64,000 nucleotides of DNA. Source: Patescibacteria group bacterium. Lineage in GTDB: Bacteria > Patescibacteriota > Gracilibacteria > UBA4473. Within the stretch, counting starts at the first letter, position 1. Each line of letters begins with the position of its first letter. The translations under genes and the position numbers were made by a program. The stretch covers positions 384,001 through 448,000 of the forward strand of contig CBFIAK010000001.1 in the NCBI GenBank assembly GCA_965660445.1, written 5' to 3'. Below are positions 1-7,413 of the stretch, piece after piece. The notes beneath the pieces were generated by a model. It searched no databases. It worked only from the letters and a program-made list of their open reading frames with translations, and was not told the DNA's origin.

Positions 1-2
1 AG

Positions 3-335
3 CAGGGAGTTAGATTCAAGGTTTATCCACACAAAACACAGAGATACAAAGATATCACTTTTGACCTAACTACAGGAGAGATTTTTAAATCAGGCAAGCA
101 GATAGATAAAATTGAACTAGGTACTGACTACGAAAAATTAATCAAACTTCTGCTTGAAAATCGTGGGTATAATTTCTCATATTTGGAATTAGCCCGAACT
201 TTGGGGATAGAGCAACTTTATACGAGAAATAAATTTGATACAGAAAAATCAATCAGCACCAAATTTTCTCGGCTCAATGCCAAGTGTCGTGAGAAAGTTT
301 TTCAGTGCAATAACGGCTACTTTGTGGCTATTTAA
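3..335 (+). CDS. Partial (5'-truncated) protein ending in an OmpR/PhoB-like winged-helix DNA-binding domain
   Basis: My translation of frame 3 is open from the window edge: ...ITFDLTTGEIFKSG...EKLIKLLLENRGYNFSYLELARTLG...ISTKFSRLNAK...CNNGYFVAI*, which has the Trans_reg_C-like pattern. Confidence 0.6.
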   Translation, partial: QGVRFKVYPHKTQRYKDITFDLTTGEIFKSGKQIDKIELGTDYEKLIKLLLENRGYNFSYLELARTLGIEQLYTRNKFDTEKSISTKFSRLNAKCREKVFQCNNGYFVAI

Positions 336-396
336 AGCACTTGCGAAAGGATGACGAAACGATGTGGGTGCCTTTTTGTAGTGCTCAAATGACAAT

Positions 397-612
397 GTGT
401 GCGAGTTCAACAAAGTAACCGCACATATGAATCGAGATGTAAAAAGACAAGACGGGCAAGATATGACCTCCTCGCAGAAAGAGAAACTGCGAGAGATTTT
501 TGCATGTCGCTACGAGCGGGAGCTTGATGACCAAGAACTTTTTGAAATCCACTTCAATTTGAAGCGGTTTTTCAGTCTGCTTGATAAGTTCGAGTCAGGC
601 AATGATTTATAG
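397..612 (+). CDS. Small hypothetical element protein (start may be the ATG at 463)
   Basis: ORF track; co-oriented in the element operon. Confidence 0.5.
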   Translation: MCEFNKVTAHMNRDVKRQDGQDMTSSQKEKLREIFACRYERELDDQELFEIHFNLKRFFSLLDKFESGNDL

Positions 613-631
613 CCTTTAATTTTTTTACACT

Positions 632-877
632 ATGACAAACATTGAAAACCTCTACCAAACTTCCGATTGGTACCTCTGTGTATTTTTAATCGCACGAGAG
701 CATGAACTCATCGACGTCGATCGACGAGATGGTAAGCGATGTAAATTCATTTTTGAAGATGATTTTGACCTCCAAAGTGATGTACGAGGCTTTTGGGGAA
801 ATGAGGATATTGGTGTGCAGGATTTTGTGGCTGCGGTAAAAAAAGCAAAATCAATTCTCTATTCCGATAGCTATTAG
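632..877 (+). CDS. DUF5659-like small protein
   Basis: YQTSDWYLCVFL...DRRDGKRCKFIFED...FW...VQDFVAAVKKAKSILY resembles the small protein family common in CPR mobile elements. Confidence 0.6.
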   Translation: MTNIENLYQTSDWYLCVFLIAREHELIDVDRRDGKRCKFIFEDDFDLQSDVRGFWGNEDIGVQDFVAAVKKAKSILYSDSY

Positions 878-928
878 ACGTCTATAAGCCGTCTATTAGT
901 CGTCGCAAACTTTTTAAGATAAAGATAT

Positions 929-1690
929 ATGGATCACGAAAATTTCACCAGAATCCCCAACGATGTCCTCGAAGAGGCAATTGGCAACAAAGCGATGTGT
1001 GCAAGAGCACGCGTTTTTATGGCTATTTTGCGGAAAACTTACGGCTGGAATAAAAAGGAAGACTGGATCGCTTTATCCCAATTTGAGAAGATGACGGGAA
1101 TCAGTAAAGCGAATATTTGCCGAACTCTCAGGCAGCTGACCGCCCTAAAAATCATTATCAAATCTGACAACAAATACCGCATAAATCCCATTGGTAAGAC
1201 GTGGGAGTCATTATCAAATATGACAAAGAAAAAGCCCGTTATCAAATCTGATAAACCCCTTTGTCAAAACGGACAATCTCCTTTGTCGGATATGACACCC
1301 ACAAAAGACACTCTTACAAAAAACACTTTTTTACAAAAGAAAGATAAAACCTTGCAAAATTCTTTTGCAAGGGAGCTCTCAAATAAAATGACTAAAAAAC
1401 ATTTTGATTTGTTTTATAGGCACTTCCCAAAGAAAGGGAAAAAGAAAACTTCAGAAAGAAGATTTATGAAACTCGACCGTTCAAGATTCGGGCTAATCAT
1501 GACCGCGATGTGTTCCAAAATAAACACTCCAACTTGGAATATAAACAGAAAACAATACACGCCATACGCCAGCGATTGGATTGCGGGCGATATGGAAGAA
1601 GATATTGCTGCGCTGGATTTGGAAAATCCTAGATACAAAACATTGTTTGAATGTTATTCCGATGAAAAATATCACGGAATCTTTGAATAA
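929..1690 (+). CDS. Phage lambda O-like replication initiator
   Basis: N-terminal FTRIPNDVLE...RVFMAILRKTYGWNKKEDWIALSQFEKMTG (Phage_rep_O pattern); internal iterons. Confidence 0.85.
   Translation: MDHENFTRIPNDVLEEAIGNKAMCARARVFMAILRKTYGWNKKEDWIALSQFEKMTGISKANICRTLRQLTALKIIIKSDNKYRINPIGKTWESLSNMTKKKPVIKSDKPLCQNGQSPLSDMTPTKDTLTKNTFLQKKDKTLQNSFARELSNKMTKKHFDLFYRHFPKKGKKKTSERRFMKLDRSRFGLIMTAMCSKINTPTWNINRKQYTPYASDWIAGDMEEDIAALDLENPRYKTLFECYSDEKYHGIFE
1155..1298. repeat. Five 16-bp iteron-like repeats, consensus TTRTCA-N4-TGAYAA (putative origin inside the rep gene)
   Basis: Copies at 1155, 1211, 1239, 1261 and 1283, followed by an A-rich tract. Confidence 0.75.
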
Positions 1691-1747
1691 CTTGCTATTC
1701 CCACCCCTTCGAGCAATGTATACCTAACAACATTTATAAGAATACCC

Positions 1748-3580
1748 ATGCAGAAAACCATACTTTATTGCCGTAAATCTACGGAGTCGGATGAACGCCA
1801 AGTGCAGTCGCTCGACGATCAAATTTCCGAGATGAAAGAGTTTGTAACCCGCTTTAACACGGGCTTTGCTCGCACACCCGATGATCAACTCAAGCTCATC
1901 AGTACCAAGACGGAAAGCTTTTCCGCCAAGATGTGTGGCAGGCGCAAGGTGTTCAACGAGGTGATGACAGAGGTAGAAAACGGGCAATGTGACTGCATTC
2001 TAGTGTGGTCAATCGATCGTTTGTCTCGGAATGTGGGAGATGTGGAGCGAGTTATTGCCTTATTGGAATGCGGACTCCTCAAACAAATCCGTACACCGAG
2101 CCAAGAATTCAAAAATGAGCCGTTTCACAAATATATGCTCGTGCAGGCGGTGGCGAATGCCAAACTAGAGAACGATCAAAAAGGTGTAAATGTGGTGCGT
2201 GGGCTGAAATCCAAAATCCGAAGCGGAGACTGGATCGGCTGGGCGCGAATCGGCTACGAAAACTTTGGAAACAAAAAGGGGCAAAAATGGGTGGATAAAG
2301 ACGAGACTCGTTGGGAAGTTGTGAAAAACTGCTGGGATATGTTTGCGACGGGGAGTTATTCCGTTCCGCAAATCAAAGAATATGCCGAGAAAATGGGGCT
2401 TCGTGCCAGACCGACTCGCAGACAACCTGAAGGCTCAATGGTCGGGATCAACACTTATTACGGCATGTTTCGCAATCCTTTCTATATGGGCAAAATGCGG
2501 ATTGGTAATTCACACAGCGGAAAAGGCGTGAAGATTTTTGCCGAAGCCAAAGAGCTGCTTACCCGAGGCGAGATCGAGGGCGAACTCTGCGAAGACTGCG
2601 TGGTAGTCGAAGCCAATCATCCGCCGATGATCAGTGAAGAGATGTTTTATAGGGTGCAAGAAGTACTCAAACAGCGCGGCCTTGCCCATCACACGGCGAG
2701 GAAACGCATTCACAACTATCTTTTTGCGGGAGCGATCCATTGCAAAAAATGCGGATGTGCGACCGTAACCGAGGAAAAGCGGAAATACAAATGCTCACAT
2801 TGCCATAAATGGTTTACACGATCTAAAAATCACCCTCTACCTCTTGATTGTCCGAAATGCAAAGAATCCATCACCGAAGAAACAAGAGAAAGTGTTGTAA
2901 TCCACCGATATGTCCGCTGTACGGGGCATAACAAAAACAAAAAGCCCTGCTCGCAGGGAGAATGCCAAAACGGAAGTTACAAAAGAACCGCTGTAGAAGC
3001 CGAGATTTGCCAACAAATCGAGGATTATCTCGATAGCCTATCGATTTCCCCCGAGATTCTCGAATATGCTCAAGAAACTCTCCGTGACGAGCATTTCCAA
3101 AAGAAGGTACTGGAAAACAAATCATTACAGAATCTGCAAAAAGATCACCAGCTCATCAAGAATAAGCTCGATAACTTACTCGAGATGAGGCTTGCGGGTG
3201 AGATAGAAAGCGACCTGTTTGCGCAGAAAAAGGCGGATCTCACTACAAAGCAAGATGAGATCATGAAACAAATCCAAAAGCTCAACGATAAAAACACCGA
3301 CTGGGTCGAACAAGCCGATAACTGCCTGAATCTGGCTAACAGAGCCAAAAGAGCATGGAAGAGCGGATCAAAACAGCTAAAACGCGAAATCTTGAAAAGT
3401 TTGAGTTCGAACGCGTATTTAGTGGATGGAAAAATCGAACTGGAATTGCGGAAACCTTTTGACACACTGCTTATTCCGCGACTTGACGAAGACAAGAAAA
3501 AAGCACAGAAATCTCTTTCTGCGCCTGAATTTTCTAACTGGCTCCCGGGGTCGGGTTCGAACCGACGGCCAAGTGGTTAA
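1748..3580 (+). CDS. Large serine recombinase (integrase)
   Basis: YCRKS catalytic motif, DRLSRN, recombinase domain (NPFYMG...HPPMISEEMF), Zn ribbons (CKKCG), C-terminal coiled coil. Confidence 0.95.
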   Translation: MQKTILYCRKSTESDERQVQSLDDQISEMKEFVTRFNTGFARTPDDQLKLISTKTESFSAKMCGRRKVFNEVMTEVENGQCDCILVWSIDRLSRNVGDVERVIALLECGLLKQIRTPSQEFKNEPFHKYMLVQAVANAKLENDQKGVNVVRGLKSKIRSGDWIGWARIGYENFGNKKGQKWVDKDETRWEVVKNCWDMFATGSYSVPQIKEYAEKMGLRARPTRRQPEGSMVGINTYYGMFRNPFYMGKMRIGNSHSGKGVKIFAEAKELLTRGEIEGELCEDCVVVEANHPPMISEEMFYRVQEVLKQRGLAHHTARKRIHNYLFAGAIHCKKCGCATVTEEKRKYKCSHCHKWFTRSKNHPLPLDCPKCKESITEETRESVVIHRYVRCTGHNKNKKPCSQGECQNGSYKRTAVEAEICQQIEDYLDSLSISPEILEYAQETLRDEHFQKKVLENKSLQNLQKDHQLIKNKLDNLLEMRLAGEIESDLFAQKKADLTTKQDEIMKQIQKLNDKNTDWVEQADNCLNLANRAKRAWKSGSKQLKREILKSLSSNAYLVDGKIELELRKPFDTLLIPRLDEDKKKAQKSLSAPEFSNWLPGSGSNRRPSG

Positions 3581-3613
3581 CAGCCACTTGCTCTACCGCT
3601 GAGCTACCCGGGA
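3539..3613 (-). tRNA. tRNA-Asn (GTT)
   Basis: Reverse complement TCCCGGGTAGCTCAGCGGTAGAGCAAGTGGCTGTTAACCACTTGGCCGTCGGTTCGAACCCGACCCCGGGAGCCA folds as a cloverleaf with encoded CCA. Confidence 0.97.
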
Positions 3614-3781
3614 GTATGTAAGTAGAAAACATATTCTTATTATAGATACTTGAGATGAGATATCTAAGTGGTTCATCCCGACCAGTCGGGACTCTGTGCC
3701 TGAACTATCTGAGAGTATGTGAAGATGAAATGTTGAAGAACTGTTTTGTGCTCGAAACAGCTCGCTTATTCTTTTTATTTT

Positions 3782-4444
3782 TTAAAAAATTGCAAGTTTT
3801 TTTTCTGTTTCTGGTGCTAAGACTTCTTCTTTGTAAAAATCATCTTTGTGAAGCATTACGAGTTCTCCAATACGATTACGAACAGATTCTTTATAAACCT
3901 TTTTATTGCGTTCAAAATCTTTTTCTAAAATCTCAAGAGGATGTTTGTTGCCATATAATGTGTGCCAACGTGCATGAAACTGCCTGCCAATATCTCGAAA
4001 ACTATTAATACCTCGTCGTGTTTCAAAACCATCATTTCTGCGTGATCGAGGAATGATGTGGTGTTCATCTCGTTCTCGTTTTCGGGGCTGAGCCCCATTT
4101 CCATCAACAAAAATTCGTTTTCCGTTTTGAATGTACTCTACAAACCTCCGAACATCGTGATCTGTGGGGTCTGATAAAACCGTGTCTTCAAAAAATTCAT
4201 CCGGTGGTAGAATTGATAAATCGCGTATCTCTGATCGGACGTCATGTCGAAGAACACTTTGATTGATTAAATAAAATAATGCGAGTTGTTCGAGCGGTGT
4301 TTTTTGTTTGTATAAATCATCAACCCTGTGAGACATTTTACTTGATAAAAGAATAATGTTTTCTGGTGCAGTCGTGTTGTAACCATGCTTCTCTCTAGCG
4401 CTTGGTATTATCTCATGTGCGGTTTCGTCTTCATGAATATACAT
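3782..4444 (-). CDS. HNH-like protein with an internal duplication
   Basis: EHHIIPRSR...N...FHARWHTLYGNKHPLE plus a degenerate N-terminal copy HEIIPSAR...N...LYKQKTPLE. Confidence 0.55.
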   Translation of the reverse strand: MYIHEDETAHEIIPSAREKHGYNTTAPENIILLSSKMSHRVDDLYKQKTPLEQLALFYLINQSVLRHDVRSEIRDLSILPPDEFFEDTVLSDPTDHDVRRFVEYIQNGKRIFVDGNGAQPRKRERDEHHIIPRSRRNDGFETRRGINSFRDIGRQFHARWHTLYGNKHPLEILEKDFERNKKVYKESVRNRIGELVMLHKDDFYKEEVLAPETEKKLAIF

Positions 4445-4719
4445 GATTCTTTTTTATATTATAAAATTTTTAAAAACATTGGGTCAAGACAAAAACTGAA
4501 CCTTATTTGTGTTCATTTTCCCCATTGTGAACACAAAAAAAATACATAAAGTATATTTCCTTAGTGAGAGAAAGGGGAAATGATTTGTAAAAACAAAAAA
4601 TGTGTTCTACTATGGCAATGAAACGAGCTTTATTCCTTTTTGATAGCGGTTTTAGCGAGTTTCTGTTTTTCAACACTTTGTGCACAACTTTTGCACATTT
4701 ATAAAAAAAAAGAACAAGC

Positions 4720-5658
4720 ATGAATAGTCATACACTCTCACATTCGCCAGTACTTCAGAAAGAAGTTTTGGCGTTTTTATTTTTTGATGGTGTGCAGACC
4801 GTTTTTGATGGAACGTTGGGATTGGGGGGGCATGCAGAAAGTATTTTGCAACAGTTTCCGTTAGTTTCACAGTATATTGCTTGTGATTTAGATATGCAGC
4901 ATCTTCTGTTTGCAAAAAAACGACTTCATGCTTGGGAGCAGAAACTTGAATTACATCATGCTAATTTTTCAGAAATCGCGTCTCTTTTAGCGAAATCAAA
5001 GAGAGTTCATCCATTAGTTATTTTGCTTGATTTAGGCTTGTGTTCAAACCATGTAGATGATGCTCAAAAAGGGTTTAGTCTGCAGCAAGATGGACCTTTG
5101 TCTATGGCATTTGATGTTGAAAATGCAGAAAAAACAGCAGAAACAGTTTTAAACTCATATTCTCTTGATGAATTGACACATTTATTGCGTCATTATGGAG
5201 AGGAACCATCGGCACGAAAGATTGCACAAGCACTCGTTGATGCTCGTCAAGAAGTGCCTCTAAAAACAACGTTTGATTTGCGAGCGGTTATTGAACGTTG
5301 TATTCATCCAAAAGACAGGAATAAGACACTTATGCGTGTTTTTCAGGCAGTTCGTATTGAAGTAAACGATGAACTCGTGCATTTGAAAAAAACACTAGAA
5401 TCTGTGTTATCGGTTATGCAGTCGGGTGATCGACTTGGTGTTATTTCTTATCACGCTTTAGAAGATCGGATGGTAAAACAATATTTTGCTTTGTATTCAC
5501 AACCAAAAACAGCTCCCACTGAGTTTTCGTTGCATACCGTTATTGCCGAGGCGCAAGCAAAAACCCAAACGAAAAAACCAATAGTGCCTTCTTCGCAGGA
5601 GATAGAATCAAATCCTCGTGCGAGAAGTGCGAAGTTTCGTATCCTTCAGAAAATATAA
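4720..5658 (+). CDS. rsmH: 16S rRNA m4C1402 methyltransferase
   Basis: HSPVL, DGTLGLGGHA, DLGLCS, FQAVRIEVNDEL, NPRARSAKFR motifs. Confidence 0.95.
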   Translation: MNSHTLSHSPVLQKEVLAFLFFDGVQTVFDGTLGLGGHAESILQQFPLVSQYIACDLDMQHLLFAKKRLHAWEQKLELHHANFSEIASLLAKSKRVHPLVILLDLGLCSNHVDDAQKGFSLQQDGPLSMAFDVENAEKTAETVLNSYSLDELTHLLRHYGEEPSARKIAQALVDARQEVPLKTTFDLRAVIERCIHPKDRNKTLMRVFQAVRIEVNDELVHLKKTLESVLSVMQSGDRLGVISYHALEDRMVKQYFALYSQPKTAPTEFSLHTVIAEAQAKTQTKKPIVPSSQEIESNPRARSAKFRILQKI

Positions 5659-5664
5659 ATTTTT

Positions 5665-6024
5665 ATGACAAAAACACGTATCCACACTCATACTGAAACT
5701 GAAAAAAATAAATCTGAATCAATAGCAGTGTATGATAGTTATCGTCATTTTCAAAAATTAGTAATGGGGGGGAGTCTCCTTGTTTTGGTTCTTGGATTTA
5801 CGTATCTCATTGCGCTGAATTCTATTGCAACCCGTGGATTTGCGTTAGAACAAATAAAAGCCGATCGAATTACAATTGTAAAACGATTAGAGCAAGTGGA
5901 GATTCAGTCAGCCATTCCGTTGAGTCTTTATGCTTTACAAAGTTCTTCTCAAATACAAAATATGGAGATGGTCGAAAAAAAACAATATCTTCATATTGAA
6001 AACGGACGAGTCGCAATTCGGTAA
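5665..6024 (+). CDS. Single-TM coiled-coil protein, FtsL-like by position and topology
   Basis: Follows rsmH; TM helix then heptad region. Confidence 0.5.
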   Translation: MTKTRIHTHTETEKNKSESIAVYDSYRHFQKLVMGGSLLVLVLGFTYLIALNSIATRGFALEQIKADRITIVKRLEQVEIQSAIPLSLYALQSSSQIQNMEMVEKKQYLHIENGRVAIR

Positions 6025-6036
6025 TAGTTTGAATAC

Positions 6037-7413
6037 ATGTTTTCTTTTCTTCGTCGGTTCCATCTTCATCCTCATTTTTTAGATATCGATCACGCGCTTG
6101 TTCGATTACTCAAAACCAAACTATGGCTTCAAATTCTTATAGGGCTTTTTTGTGGGGTTGGTGTGGGTGTATGGTTGCATAGTGTATATGCGGACTCTCA
6201 AGCTGATACATTACATTTGTGGACACAATGGCTTTCATTTCCTGGGCAAATATTTCTGACGATGATTCAAATGATCATTGTTCCTTTGATAATTGCTTCT
6301 GTTATTCTCGGTGTTGGCGCAAGTGAAAATCTTCAACAGTTGCGACGTATGGGAGGACGAATTGTGTTTTATTTTTTAATGACAACATCGATTGCTATTG
6401 TGATTGGCGTCGGAACGGCATCGGTTATTCGTCCGGGAAGTTATATAGACCAATCGTTTGTTCGTATGCATGTTTCAGAGGTCGATTTTGCTACAGCAGA
6501 TACCTCGGCACAAGGGGTTAGCTGGGCCTCTATACCCACAGCTATTGTGAATATATTACCGCAAAATCCAACAGAATCGATTGTAAAAAAAGATATGCTT
6601 CAGATTGTTTTGTTTTCTCTTATTTTTGGAGTAGCACTGGTTTCAATTTCAAGTACCCAATCAAAACCGTTGTATGCTTTTTTTGAAGGAGTACAAGCGG
6701 TTACTCTAAAAATTGTTCATTGGGTTATGATGATAGCTCCTTTGGCAGTTTTTGGGCTTATGGCACAAATTATCGCACAAACAGGAGTTCAAGCATTCGC
6801 TGGTATTGGGCTCTATATGGCGACCGTTATCATCGGTCTTCTTTTGCTTTTAATCGTCTATATGCTTTTGGTATTTTTTGTAGGAAAACGAAATCCATTG
6901 ACGGTACTTGGTCATATTCGAGAAGCACAATTACTGGCTTTTTCTACCTCAAGTTCGGCAGCTGTTATGCCTGTATCACTCAAAATAGCGATTGAGAAAC
7001 TCAAAATAAAACCATCAATTGCTGAGTTTTTAATTCCGTTAGGAGCGACCATTAACATGGATGGAACAGCACTCTATCAAGGAGTGGCAGCTGTTTTTTT
7101 GTCACAAGTGTTTCAGATGGATTTATCCCTTTTGGAAATGGGAATTATTCTTATCACCTCCATTGGCGCCTCTATTGGAACACCCGCGACCCCTGGAGTC
7201 GGTATTGTTATTCTTTCGACGGTTCTCTCGAGTGTTGGAATCCCTCCATCAGGAATAGCTCTTATTATTGGTGTTGATCGAATCCTCGATATGTGTCGAA
7301 CAACAATTAATACAACAGGTGATTTGGTTGCGTGTATTGTTATTGATAAAATTATGCAACAGAGAACGAAAGCTCAACGAGTATGGAGTAAATTGACATC
7401 ATCTTTATCGTGA
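6037..7413 (+). CDS. Dicarboxylate/amino acid:cation symporter (DAACS family)
   Basis: AFSTSSSAA, GATINMDGT, GVDRILDMCRT motifs. Confidence 0.95.
   Translation: MFSFLRRFHLHPHFLDIDHALVRLLKTKLWLQILIGLFCGVGVGVWLHSVYADSQADTLHLWTQWLSFPGQIFLTMIQMIIVPLIIASVILGVGASENLQQLRRMGGRIVFYFLMTTSIAIVIGVGTASVIRPGSYIDQSFVRMHVSEVDFATADTSAQGVSWASIPTAIVNILPQNPTESIVKKDMLQIVLFSLIFGVALVSISSTQSKPLYAFFEGVQAVTLKIVHWVMMIAPLAVFGLMAQIIAQTGVQAFAGIGLYMATVIIGLLLLLIVYMLLVFFVGKRNPLTVLGHIREAQLLAFSTSSSAAVMPVSLKIAIEKLKIKPSIAEFLIPLGATINMDGTALYQGVAAVFLSQVFQMDLSLLEMGIILITSIGASIGTPATPGVGIVILSTVLSSVGIPPSGIALIIGVDRILDMCRTTINTTGDLVACIVIDKIMQQRTKAQRVWSKLTSSLS

Larger units (their letters stand above)
1..3580 (+). mobile_element. Right end of an integrative, replicative element (prophage-, satellite- or plasmid-like) inserted at the 3' end of tRNA-Asn; left end outside the window
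   Basis: Co-oriented regulator, Rep-O-like initiator and large serine recombinase whose 3' end overlaps the tRNA; the recombinase region looks GC-richer than flanking host genes. Confidence 0.8.

Noticed and set aside
3669-3708. Hammerhead ribozyme on the minus strand (GAG-stem-GAA)
   Set aside because: The CUGANGA core is absent
3655-4110. Small overlapping ORFs here and nested or antisense within long genes throughout the window
   Set aside because: Shadow ORFs of well-supported genes with no independent motifs
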